Source: the human T2T-CHM13v2.0 reference genome, Homo sapiens
Strand: one strand, 5' to 3'
NCBI RefSeq assembly: GCF_009914755.1
Contig: NC_060925.1
DNA: 64,000 bases
Position numbers and translations under genes: made by a program. Position 1 is the first letter of the stretch, and every line of letters begins with the position of its first letter. Of this stretch, positions 1 to 21,829 are shown piece by piece. The notes below the pieces were generated by a model. That model did no database searches, was not told where the DNA came from, and saw nothing but the letters and a program-made list of their open reading frames with translations.

Positions 1-1512
1 TCTCTTACTTCCAACATTTAAAGCATGAAAAACCCTTCCTTGGCCCCACATCCCCCTCCGGCTAGAGTGTCCAGCACCCAGCACGCGCTCACAATATGCC
101 TGTTAAGGACTGAATGGCGGAGCTGACCCCCAGCTCTTGCTTGGTACATGATACACAGCCCGCCAAGGAGATGATGGCCCTTCATTTCATCCTCTTACAT
201 CCCTAAGAAGCAGCAGGAAATCCGCTATGATGCCTGTTCTGCAGATGAGACAGAGGCTCAGAGAGCTCAAACAACCTGCCCAAGGTCACAGAGCCCATAA
301 GGATGGACTTGCAGAAGGCTGGACGGACCCTAGGAATCTTCTGGTCCAAACCCCTGGTTCAGACTGGGGACCGGAACCCGGCTCCTGGCCCGTGTCCTCT
401 TCCCTACACAGAGGGGGCTCCTCCCTTTCCCTGAATGGTTCTGGAATACAAAGGGAAACACGGTCCCAGGAGCATAGCAGGTGCTCAATAAATATGAGAG
501 TTGAGAAAAAGAACAAATGGCAGGCAGGAGGGACGCAGGGATAGCGGGGTGGGGGAGGGGCACAGACATCTTCAACGCTTCCTCCAAGCATGGCTCACAG
601 AAGAAACCTCAGGGTTTCTTGGAATCCTGGTGGCGGTGGCGTCAGCCAGCACCACTCTGACGCAGTGTCCACTAGGCCGCCCCACGAGAAGGAGGCAGGC
701 GACCCCATCCCCAGGGCAGAAGGCACCCCCATCCGTGGCACTCCAGGGACCCGCCAGGAACGGCGTCGCTACTCCCTGGTGACCACCAGGGGGAGGCAGT
801 GCCCTACTTACTGGACAGCGGGGGCCGCCGGCCCCACCGGGCTTCCCGGGAAGGAAGCCTCCGTCCCCGTCCTGCACAGCCCGCCCCACCCCTCCATCTG
901 TGACCAGAGCCCCCCGGGCTGTGACTCCGTGTGTGACTCCCAGCCTCCGAGCCCCGCTGTGTGACTCCATGCCCACTCCGAACAACAGCAGGCTGACTTC
1001 TCTGGTTTCTGCGGGCTTGTCTGAGCTCAGCCATCCCCCAGGGCCCCTCCTTGCTAAAGCCTCCCCGGGAGCCTCCCCAGAGCTACAGGAAGGGACCTGA
1101 CACCCGGGCTGGAAACGGCAGTGGAGGGAGAAAGGCAGTGCCCGCTGCCGAGCTCCAGAGCCTGCAGGGGCGGACGGCGTTCACTGGGGGCACCATCGAG
1201 CCTCTCCCCAAACAGCACAGGCCCCGCCCGTCACGTGCAGCGCCCGAGGCTCTTGGATGGATTTCTCCCACGCCTCCGGCCCACAGGACAGAGATCTCCA
1301 CAGTCCTTCTCCTGTCTGCCCCAGAGGCTGGGCCCCAGGTACCCACAGCCCAACAGGGGCTTCTGGGGCCTGAGGACGGACCCCAGTGGGAGGTGGTAGG
1401 TGAGTGGCAGGGGTCCAGCAGCGGATACATCCAGGCCTAGCCCCGGGATAGCTCGTCCTGCCTGGCATCAGGTTTCACATCAGGAAAAGCCAGGGTTCTA
1501 AAGGGACTATCA

Positions 1513-1822
<310 letters not shown>

Positions 1823-2565
1823 AAGGGACTGCCACATGTCAAACTCCACGGCATGCTCAGGTCTCAGGATGCAGCATTTAGGCGGGAATCTCTGGAAACC
1901 AACAGAGCGTGGAGTCAGGGATGGAGCCAAAGGCAGGAGTGGGGGGGCCCCCGCCATGCCTGGCTGTGGAAGTCCCGCTCTGGGGATCAGCTCCGCCTCT
2001 GGAAATCAGGCATCGTCTGACCCGCTGCTTCCCAGGGGTGTTGGGAGGCACTCAGATGAGAGGTGCCCCAGGTGACAGCTTTTTCCAGGAGGCCAACACC
2101 ACACTCACCCGCTGGTCAAACGGGCTGCCTGGCTCTCAGACTTGTCGTCGGCTGCTGGGGGACAGACTCCTCCCCACCCTGACTGCCTCGCCTCTGCACA
2201 GGCCATTTCCACAGCCAGGGATGCCTTTTCTGCTTCCATCAATGCACAGCCACCCCTTCCTTCAAAACGGAGGGGAGACCACGCCCCTGGAGACACCTCC
2301 ACACCCCTCTGTTCTCACCACGCAGGCCCTAAGGCGGCATTGAATGCAGTCTGGAGTCAAGAACTCAAGTTCAAATCCTGGCTCAGACTCTTTGCTGTGT
2401 GACCTTGGGCAAGTCCTGGCATCTCTTTGAGCTTCAGCTTTCTCAGGACCAAACCCACGGTGAAGGTACGGTGATATCGCGTTGGACCCCAGCGGCAGCC
2501 CTGCCCTTCCCGCTGGGCCCCACCTGCCTGTCCCTTCTCCATGTTCCCACCCGCTTGGGTCTCAC

Positions 2566-2675
2566 CTCCCGGATCAGCTGCTTCTCGGCCTCCATGTCAT
2601 GCTGGATCACAGGTTGGGGCAACAGCTTCTCCTCCACCTGCACAGGGTCTGGGGGCACCTGCCTGGACAGCAGGG
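2566..2675 (-). CDS. KIF17: KIF17 coding exon 6 (gene continues beyond the left edge of the window)
   Basis: (A)LLSRQVPPDPVQVEEKLLPQPVIQHDMEAEKQLIRE; ccccag| acceptor, GAG|GTGAG donor; 110 nt, restores phase 0 (cumulative CDS 1233 nt). Confidence 0.93.
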
Positions 2676-3149
2676 CTGGGGGAGAAACAGAAATTAGCAG
2701 CCAGGATGAGGGGCACATTGTGTGCAGGAACTAAGCAGAAATCTATAAAAAGACGACCTCATGGTCATTCAAGAAGACTTTAAAGTATTCAGCTTATTTC
2801 AAACACATCTCCATGTAAAAGGCTGTTAGTCATCCAACAAATATTTATGGAGCACCTCGATGTTCCAGACTCTGAGGATGCGGCATTGAACAAAGACAAA
2901 AACTCCACACCCACGCTGAGTTTTCCACTGGGAAAAAGAGGAGAAAAGCAGATGGACAAGGTGAAATGCCTCGTGGTGGTGTTCGAGGCCCTCTCCACTC
3001 CAGCCCTGCCTAAGCACCTCCCATCAAAATAAATAAGCAAAATGGGTAACACGTTACAAGGCGATGTGTACTGAGAAGAAAAAGCAAGTAGGGAGGGTGC
3101 TTGGGAGTCAGAAGCAGTTAGAAGGGTTGCAATTTTTTTACTTATATAT

Positions 3150-5778
<2,629 letters not shown>

Positions 5779-6729
5779 TTAAGAGGCCAGGGAGCAGGGA
5801 CGACTCGCCCTTGGGAACTGAGGAGAGGTGGGTGGGGAGGCAGGAAGGGAGCCAGGGCAGAGGGCATGTAGGAAGCAAAGGTCTCATGAAGGGAGGGGAT
5901 CTGCTGAGCCAACTGGTGCTGAGACGGCAAGGTGAGGCCTGCCCCAGGACAGTCACCGGGCTCCACGACAGGAGGCCATCGGTGACAAGGACAACGTCAA
6001 TGGGCCAGGACAGGGCCTGCCTGGGTAGGGGCAAGAGAGAGCAGAGGGAGAGAGAGTGGGACCAGTAAAAGTAGACAGATGTTTCAAGTTTTGTTGAAAG
6101 GGAAAAAGAGGGATATGCTAGAGGGAGAACCAGGGCTAAGGGGGAAATGTCTAAAGTGAGTCCAGGGAGGGGCAAACACAGGGAGCTTTGGGTCAGGCAC
6201 GCCTGGTCTGAAGGCCCAGCTCCAAAGTGAAGGCCGCATGCATTGTCTCTGGAGCCCACCGTGCCAGGCCTCGTGCTGAGCCCACACATGCATGACCTCA
6301 GGCAATCTTCCCAGTTGCCTCACAGCACACACAAGGCAGGGGTCGCTATGATGTCCCCTTTACAGATGAAGAGACTGAGGTTCTCAGTGGCTGAGTTGCT
6401 TGTCTGAGGAGCTGGGAGGGAGCTGGTGATAACTGCTCAGTGCTCAGCTATCCACCCAGCACCACCTCAGTCATGCTGCTGGCTGGGCTCCTTGCTCCTA
6501 ATCCAGGGAGAAGGGATGCTAACAGCTATCCTGGGGGCTGCCTCCATCACCACTGGAAGGACTGCACAGGTGTTAGCTGCTGGGTGCGGGGGCCGCGGGC
6601 CGAGCCTCCCCCACTCCCTCCTGGTACCCTCACCATTCTTGTCTTCCCCCTTACCAATCTTGGGGGTGAGTAGGGTTGGGGTGAAGAGTAGGGAAAGAGG
6701 AGGAAGGCAGATGGCTGAGGTGGAATGCC

Positions 6730-7170
6730 TTGCAATGGTGTTCAAGGCCCTCTCCACCCCAGTCCTGCCTGACCACCTCCCATCACCCCTATGCCCAAGG
6801 CAGCCAGCAGAGGGCTTTGTAGTTCCCCAAATGCACCTTAGAGTTTTATGCATCTCTGCACACACTGGACACTCTCATCCTAACAGGGAAATTTCTCCTC
6901 TTCCAAGACTGCTCAATTACTGCCTTCTCCGGGAAGCTTTCCCTCACTGACCTTATCCCACCCACAGATAGACCTGGCTGACCATGCACTCCTCTCTGCC
7001 CTGTACAGCTGTCTGCCCTAGAGTGTGTCTCGTTGCATGTGATGGTCCATTGGAGTGTCCTTCTTCCTCAGGAGATTAGGTACCCCACGAGGCACAGCCT
7101 GCATCTGATTCATCTCTGTGTATCCAGTACCCAGCACGTGTCCACACAGAGGAGCAGCTCAGGGAACCTT
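6730..7170 (+). mobile_element. L2 fragment
   Basis: L2 3'-end motifs TTCAAGGCCCT, CTCCGGGAAGCTTTCCCT, TTCATCTCTGTGTATCCAGTACCCAGCAC. Confidence 0.65.
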
Positions 7171-7171
7171 C

Positions 7172-7935
7172 AGTGGATAGATGGGTAGGTGAGTGGAAAA
7201 ATAGATAAAAGAATGGATGATAGGATGGAGTGAATGAATGGGTGGGTATATGGATGGTAGGGTGGATGGGGTGGGTGATTAGAATGGGTGAATGGATGGG
7301 TAGATAAAATGAATGGAAGATGGGTAGGTGGGTAGATAGAAGGAAGGATGGAGATGGATGGATGAATGGATGAATGGATGGACGGATGGATGGGAGATGG
7401 AAGGATGGAAGGAAAAAAGGAAGAAAGGATCTCTGGATGAATAGATGAGTGGATGAAAGGAAGATCGATGAATAGATGGATGCATGGACAAATGGATGGA
7501 AGAAAGGATCAGTGGATGAATGGATGCATGGATGGATGACAGATGAATGGATGGAAGAAAGGAAGGAAGGGTCAGTATGGATGGGTGGGTGGGTGGCTGT
7601 GTAGATGGATGGATGGAAGGAAGAAATGGATTGATGGAATGGAGGGAGAGATGGGTAGATGGGAGGATGGATAGATGGATAGATGGATGGATGCATGGAT
7701 GGATGGATGGATGGATGGATAGATGTATAGGTGGGTGAGTGGGTGGATGGATGGATGAGTGTGCAGATGGATAAGTAATGGGGTGGGTGGGAAGGTGGGT
7801 AGGTGGAAGAAAAGGTGGGTGGATGAATGGGTAAGTGGGAGGATGGACAGATGGGTGGATGAGCGGGTAGGTGAATGGGTGTGTGTAGAATGAATAGATG
7901 GAGAGGAAGGTGGGTGCGAGGGGGATGAATGGACA
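7172..7935 (+). repeat. Degenerate (GGAT/GGGT/GGAA)n tetranucleotide tract, about 760 bp
   Basis: ggatggatggatgg... visible directly; source of the spurious His/Pro/Ser ORFs at 7076-8064. Confidence 0.95.
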
Positions 7936-8005
7936 GACAGACCCAAGTATTTTGTGTTCCCTTCCCCAAGAGCTTCTGAGATAAGAAAATCTTAAGAGTC
8001 CTTCA

Positions 8006-8133
8006 CAGCTACTCAGAAGGCTGAGGCAGGAGAATGGCGTGAACCCGGGAGGCAGAGGTTGCAATGAGCTGAGATCATGCCACTGCCCTCCAGCCTGGGC
8101 GACAGAGCGAGACTCCGTCTCAAAAAAAAAAAA
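8006..8133 (+). mobile_element. 5'-truncated Alu (right arm, AluY-like) with 12-bp TSD
   Basis: GAATGGCGTGAACCCGGG diagnostic sequence; TSD AAGAGTCCTTCA at 7994-8005 and 8132-8143. Confidence 0.85.
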
Positions 8134-8636
8134 GAGTCCTTCAGTTCCAAAGCCCCTTCAGGCCAATGCTCCAAGTGTGGATTTCCACCTGCCAGGTGAC
8201 AGGCAAATGCCAGGGCGCAAAAGCTGCAGTAACAAGGTGCCTGCGAGGAGCAGGTGTGGCCGTGGGGAGTGAGTTGCCAGCTGCTGAGCAGCGAACACGC
8301 ATTGCGACAATGCCACAGACAGCAGCAGACGGGGGTGTGGTGGGGGGTGTGGTGGGGGTGGGGGGGATAATGGATGAGCAGATGAGAGGCGGGGAGTGGG
8401 CAACAGCCTGCGTCAGATGGGACAGGCCAGACGGACTGCCCTCCTCCCAGGACACTGACAAGCAGATACCATCTGGGCCGTCTCCAACCAGGGCCCTGCG
8501 CTCACATGGGGCTGAGGGGTGGGAGGATGCTGCTCCCACTGTCTTTTAGGTGGGAAGTTGGAGGCGAGAAGACAGAGGGAAGGAAGCTTTCTCCTGGGTA
8601 CCTGGCCCTCCCGCCACTACCCCAACGTGGTCCCAC

Positions 8637-9089
8637 CTGACAGGCTGCTGGGGCTCATCTGCTGTGTCAGGATGGCCTTGAGCTTCTTGATCTCCTCCTG
8701 GTACTCGCGAAGCAGCGCATCCTTGGGGTCCTCATTGATGCGCGGCTTGTTCCTGATGTTCTTGGCCCGGTTGGCGTAGCGCAGCGTGCTGAGTGTCTCA
8801 TCGTAGTTGTTGTCCGCAGGCGACAGGCAGGCCACCATGAGCGTCTTGGTGTTGCCGCCCAGTGAGTCCTGCAGCAGCCGCGTCAGCTTCGAGTCACGGT
8901 AGGGGACGTGCTTACAGCGCCCGTCCACCAGCGCCGAGATGACATTGCCCAGTGCCGAGAGCGACAGGTTGATCTTGGTGGCCTCCTTGAGCCGCTCGCC
9001 CGTGGCCCCGGTCTTGGACTGCCGCTCGCTGCCCGCCAGGTCCACCAGGTTCAGCTTGCCCGCCCGGAGGTGGTCCTTGCCCCGCTCAT
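8637..9089 (-). CDS. KIF17: KIF17 coding exon 5 (switch II, end of motor, neck linker and neck coil)
   Basis: [13 protein letters not shown]...[12 protein letters not shown]...[20 protein letters not shown]...[15 protein letters not shown]...[16 protein letters not shown]; 453 nt, phase 1-1. Confidence 0.99.
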
Positions 9090-10065
9090 CTGCACACAGA
9101 CCAGGCAAAGTGGCGAGGGCCTCGGGTGAGCCCTATGTATCGAGGGCAATCAGTGCCAGGCACTGGGTGCTCAATGCCCACCCACCGAGGGTTCCCCTCA
9201 GCTGCACAGGAGCCCCAGGAAGCAGGTGCTATTATTGGGTTCATCTTACAGATGGGTAGACTGAGGTTCAGAGAGGGCATGGAACTTGTCCAAGGTCACA
9301 CAGCTGCTAAGAGCTATAGCCACCATCAGAACCCAGGGCAGGCTGTCTCCAGGAGCAGGGCCTGGAGTTGCAGACCATTCTGAGTGCAATAGGGCCTCTG
9401 GCTGCCACAGCAGCTCCCGAAGGCTTCCTGCAAGGTCAAGGTAGAGAAGGGCAGGGGTGTGGGCTGGATCACCAGGGAGTGATGTCATTCAAAACAGAAA
9501 ACATCTGCTTTGGAGACTCCCAGACCCGGTTCCCAACCCAGTCGTGTCTTCTCCTTGCAGTGTGGCATTAGCAGAGCCACCTACCTCCCAGATTCTCAAT
9601 TCCCCACATCAACAAAATGAGACTACCCATGGTTCCCCATTAGGGTTTGTGAGACAAAGCGGCAGATGTTAGAAGCCACGTTTGCTCTTTTCCGCTTGCC
9701 AGCATAATCAGCTCACAAAGCCGCTGCCTCTGTGCCGACGCGCAGAACTGTGCAGAGCTCCACAGACACGCTTTGAAGACAAAACAGGATGGAGTCTACG
9801 GTCCCCCATGTCTGTCGCTGAGTCACCACATCACTTAAAGACAGAGCCTAGGCCATGCCTTTTCCTACACATGAGATAATGTCTGCCGGGGTTCGTGCGG
9901 AAGCCTCTGGAATCTATCACCAGATGTGCTCTTGCACCCAAACCTTGATGTGATTCTGAGCAAGTCAGATGTGATTCTGCAGGTGCTGAGTCTTCACCAC
10001 CTGTATATAAACTGTGAACTGAAATACTGACAGAGCCGCTCTGGGCTGTAGGCCTCAGTCTATAA

Positions 10066-13583
<3,518 letters not shown>

Positions 13584-13821
13584 AATTGTCTGGCACACAG
13601 TGAGCGCTCAATGTTGGCTCCCAGTGTTACTGTGTTTGCTGCTGTTTATCCTGGGAACACGGGTCCCAGCATCCCAAGGGTCCTCTTGGGTTTCCTCCAG
13701 GCTGTTAGAGCATCTCTTCCCACTTTCCAGGGGCTCCTGCGGCCCCGAGAGGTGGCGTGCCTTGGCTAGTGGGAGTGGCTGGGTCATCTGTCCCCCTGCC
13801 CCCAACAATGGCCTCGCATAC

Positions 13822-14011
13822 CCACGGCAGACATCTCGATGCTGATGGTGAAGATGGAGTGCGAGCGTGAGGAATCCTTGTTCATCAGCGTGTAGCCGAC
13901 CGAACGGTTCTTCCAGCCAGTCTCCATGATGTGCTCACACTGGGCCACGCTGTGCACCGTGTGCATGGACAGCCCCTTCACGTACACGCCCTTCTCTGGG
14001 TGCTCCTTCAG
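13822..14011 (-). CDS. KIF17: KIF17 coding exon 4 (switch I)
   Basis: LKEHPEKGVYVKGLS...TLMNKDSSRSHSIFTISIEMSAV; NxxSSRSH motif; 190 nt, ends in phase 1. Confidence 0.98.
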
Positions 14012-16710
14012 CTGAGGGAGGAGGAACAGTCAGGGGCGGAACCTCCAGCCGCCAAGGGTTAGGACCAGGGATGGTCAAGGAACCAGAGAGAAGGGCCCCA
14101 TCCAGACCGCCCTCGCCCTCCTGTAATGCAGGCTGGCACCTCACATGCCTGTCACAGGGAGGGGTGTGTTCCAGGCCCAGCCAGCCTCAGACCTACCCCT
14201 GCCTCCTACTTGCTATGGGACCTTCAGCCAATGACAACCTAAGACTCAGTTTCCACATCTGTAAAATGGGCATGAGACAGCTATCTCATAGGATATGGGG
14301 AGGAATCCGTAAAATAAGGCACACACAATGCTTAGCATGGTGCCAGCACCTAAGTGCCCCATAGATGCCAGCCACTGTCTGTGCTGTTGTTGTTAGTGCT
14401 ATGATTACAAAGGTGGGTTTCCTTTAGGGAGCTTCAGATCCCAGGGGCTGAGCCTGTCGTCACCCATGAGCCCTGAGTGCTGTCTCCCTTTGCCCGTTGC
14501 TAAGGCTCCAGATCCCCTCTGCCGTGGCTCTAGAACAACAGGAATATCCCCAAACCCTCAGATCACAGGTGAGCCCACTTGCTCCCCAGAACCCCGCAGG
14601 CTCACAGCCCAGAGGCCCCCAGCCCTCAGGGCGATGGCAGCAGTAAATTAATTTATCTGATGGCTCCCTGCTGGCTTTCCAGGCAGCAAAGTCATTTTGC
14701 TGCGGACACGGAGCTGTGAAACACGGTATTTTTCAAGTGTGAGAGGAAATAAAACCACTCTGGCACCAGAGCAGAATGAATGAGGACAAAAGGCATTTGT
14801 CTGCCAAGTGGTCCTGTGGGTCAGAGCCACAGGAGGCTCAGCTGCTTTGCTCCCAGCAGCTCTAGGGGGGTCCCAGGTGGGCTCAGGCCCCTGCTGTGGG
14901 AGAGGCGTGGGTGGGGGTCGGGGCGAGGCACAGCTGGTCCTATCTGCTGAAGCGTGGAGAAACAGCCAAGCCCCACCAAGGGACTGGGCTTCATGGAATA
15001 GAGGAGTAACTGACACCCAGAAAGGAGAAGGTGAAGGTCACAGCTGTTTGTTAGTGGGGTCACAGCTGTTAGTGGGGTCACAGCCGATGGAAGGCTCCAG
15101 GGTTCAGGGCACAGAGAGAGGCCAGAGCATCCTGCAGGAGCTGAAGCTTGAGATGACAGAGGGCAGGTCTCGGCCCAGGCGGCAGCTGTGAGGAGGGAGC
15201 CCAGAGGACGGAGCCGCGTGTGGCCTGAGGGCACCTTGTTCTGTGACTTGCTGGTTGGGGAGGTTAATATGCCTCTCTAAGCCTCAATTTTCTCTTCCAT
15301 AAAATGGGGATGATAACTCCTATTTCTACAAGATTATTATGAGGATTAGGAAGAGAACAGATCTAAAAAACGGTTCTGCGGGTACTCAGTGGGGGCTCAG
15401 TTACAAAGAGGATGAGGTCGCCATCTCGGGCCTGAGCAACCCCAGGAGACAACACCTCACCCGAGGGGTCTCCCGCCACGATATTTTCCAGCCTAGGAAG
15501 GCTCTCTGCTCCCACACTTGTGATGGCCTCAGGGGTCCCCCTCCACCGCGCTCCCAACCCCACTCCACCCCCGACGCCTGGGGAGGCGCTGAGTGACAGC
15601 CCTCAGCCGCGCACCAGGTTCCTTGGTAACTGCTCATCTCTGCTGCGGAGAGGCCAGAGCCGGGTCACCATGGCAACCAGCTGGGATGCGGCAAGGATGA
15701 GAGAGGGGAGCATGGCAGGAATGTGTCCATCGCTGCCACGGGGAGGGGAGCCCTTGACACTTTGCCTGGACATGGGTGGGAAGAACCCGCTGGAGAGGCC
15801 CCCTCAGGCCTCACCAGATCAGGCAGTTCAGGGCTGGGTTCTGTGATGGTAGTTTACAGTGGCTAGGGGGAGGGGATAGAACTCTGCTTCCCCAAACCTC
15901 TTGCTGGCCTTAGGTGATGTAATAACCTCTGATTACAACCACGATCGGGCCTGTGTTAAGCACGGGTTAAGAGTGTGTGCTGTGGAGCCCCCGGGTTCAA
16001 ATCCCATCGCCACTCTTTACTGACTGTGTGTCCTTGGGTTGGTCTTACTTAGGCACATGGAGCCTCAGTTTCCTCATCTGTTGTTACAAGGAATAGGAAC
16101 GGTGCCTCCTCCTGGACTGCCAGGAGGTTTACATGAGAGCCATCTGCACATCCTCCACGAGGGAGCGTGTCTAAAGCCCGGTGACCTCTGGAGTGTGTTT
16201 CAGCAAGCGCATCTGTCACTGCAGCCCCCAAGGCAGCTGGTTCAATAGGCCTGAGACCCATGGCTCAGCTGCAGCAAGTGTGAGCAGCTGCCAGCCTTCG
16301 GCCCCTCTAGGCCCGGGTAACTGAGGCCTTTCTAGGGTCCAGGGTAGTGACGAAGGGGAGGAGGGCTCCCTGCTGCTCCAGTGCGGGTTAGCAGAAGGTT
16401 TGCAGGGGGCCAGAGTGCCCTAACTCCACAGGCTGGCCTTCTGGGGCTGACATGTGGGAGCAACACCCTCTGTTGCCTCCTGTCTCTGCTTCCCTGTCTG
16501 GGGGCTGAGCTATGATTCAGCTGCACTAGGAGAGGGAACGCAGTAGAAAAACTCTAGGTGGGAGGCTGGAGGCTCCTGCATAAAAAACACCAAGTGGCTG
16601 GGTGCATGTGGTGGTGCATGCCTGTAGTCCCAGCTACCGGGGGCGCTGAGGTGGAAGGCTCAAGGCCAGGAGTTCGAAGCCAGCTTGGGCAACACAGCGA
16701 GACCCTGTCA

Positions 16711-18124
<1,414 letters not shown>

Positions 18125-18476
18125 CTGCAGGGAGTACACAGAAAGAACCTAGACATCAGAGCTTGAAGTCCACCTGCTGCCAGGTCTGACCCTGGGGCCT
18201 GGGCCCTCTGCCACCAGGACATCATGGGAGGAGAAGGGACATCGGGGCAAGAGGAGTCTCCAACCCAACCCGCCCTGCTGGCCTTCCTGGCAAGCTCTCT
18301 CCTGTCTCCAGCTTGGTGGGCGCTCAGGCCTCTTTGAGTTGCATAATCTTCATATTGCTGTCTAATGCTCTGTCTACAAGCCTCATGGGAAAGGAAACAG
18401 AGGCCTCCTCGTTATTCAGGTTAAAAACAAAAACAAAAACAAACAAAAAACAAACAAAACAAAACAAAAAAAACAG

Positions 18477-19608
<1,132 letters not shown>

Positions 19609-20063
19609 TCAGAGTCCAGTCTCAACTTGGCCGATAAAGGCTCAGTCTCAACCTCCCTATCTCAAAAATGGGGTTATCAGCTACCTCCTGGGTCAGGCTG
19701 GAGATTCAGTGAGATAAGGATGCCAAGGGCTTCACATATGACTTGGTCCATAACAATTGCTCAATAAAGAGGGAAGCTGTGATTGTTACAACCACTTCCT
19801 GGCCCAGTGCACAGGGTCAGCAGATCCATGGGAAATGCTCAACTAAGGGTTAGAAGGCAAAAATGGTGAGAGAAAAGCATGGACAGAATTTTCTCTGTTC
19901 TAAGTTTTTTTCCCACCACCTTTTCAGAACCCAGAGCCTTCTCTGCTGATCTGCACGGGTCAGGCCGGGCTCCAAAGACTTCCCGTGTCTCTGCCACCTG
20001 TCAGAAGTGCTCTGGGCCCAGCTGCAGCTCTGGCCCTGCCCCTTCCCTCTGCGAGGCCCGTAC

Positions 20064-20210
20064 CTGGACGCTCTCGAACACGTGCTCGAAGGCCCTGGGG
20101 ATGATGCCTCTCTGGGAGGGCGGATCCGGCAGGCCCTGCATGGTGAAGGACTTCCCGCTGCCTGTCTGGCCATAGGCAAAGATGGTGCCATTGTAGCCCT
20201 CAGTGACGCC
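20064..20210 (-). CDS. KIF17: KIF17 coding exon 2 (P-loop)
   Basis: [26 protein letters not shown]...FESVQ, kinesin Walker A; cag| acceptor, |GTACG donor; 147 nt. Confidence 0.98.
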
Positions 20211-20656
20211 CTGCATGGGAGGAAGGCAGGACCCCGTGCTCAGTGGAGCAGGCACAGCAGGGCTCGGGACAGGGCTCCCTAACCCACAGACTCAGGGCCC
20301 TTCCTGGTCCCCCCACCAACAATGGCACTGGACTGTGGAGATAAACAAGGCGCAGCTCTGTCCTCAAGGAGTTGACTGTCTGGTGGGGTAGGAGCTGTCC
20401 CTGTGTGTGGATGGGGAAGAGCCTGAGCTGTGGGCTTGGCCCCCTGGGCTCACATCCATCTCCACTTTACTGACCGTGTGCCCTTGGGCTGGCCTTACTG
20501 AGGCAAATTGATAAGATGATAAGAAAAACACCTTGGGCCGGGCGGGGTGGCTCATGCCTGTAATCCCAGCACTTTGGAAGGCTGAGGTGGGCAGATTACC
20601 TGAGGTCAGGAGTTCAAAACCAGCCTTGGCAACACGGTGAAACCCTGTCTCTACTA

Positions 20657-21331
<675 letters not shown>

Positions 21332-21829
21332 TCATTCATCGCTGTTTCTATTCATTCGACAGGGACTATGCTCAGCCTATGGACAAAGTGGTGAACGAGG
21401 CAGACACAGTTCCTGCCCTTGCAGAGCTCATGAGCTTGCAAATTCTAGACCTTAGTGTGGGCTTGGGGTGGATCCTGTATGGGTAGATTGGCCCAGAGAA
21501 TTGTTCTGAGACCCCAAGGGCCCACATGGCATCTATGCCCGGTTCCACTGCAAAGACCCATGCTGTAACCAAAACAGGGCTAGGTGTGCCCCATCTTGCC
21601 AGTGAGGGAAGATAAAAAGTCACCATTCGGCCGGACGCGGTGCCTCATGCCTGTGATCCCAGCACTTGGCGGGCGGATCACTTGAGGTCAGGAGTTCGAG
21701 ACCAGCCTGGCCAACATGGTGAAACCCCATCTGTACTAAAAACACAAAAATTAGACGGGCGTGGTGGCAGGCACCTGTAATCCCAGCTACTTGGGAGGCT
21801 GAGGCAGGAGAATCGCTTGAACCCGGGAG

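Noticed and set aside
7076-8064. 297-aa and 261-aa His/Pro/Ser-rich ORFs
   Set aside because: Translations of the (ATCC)n simple repeat; no splice or protein-family support
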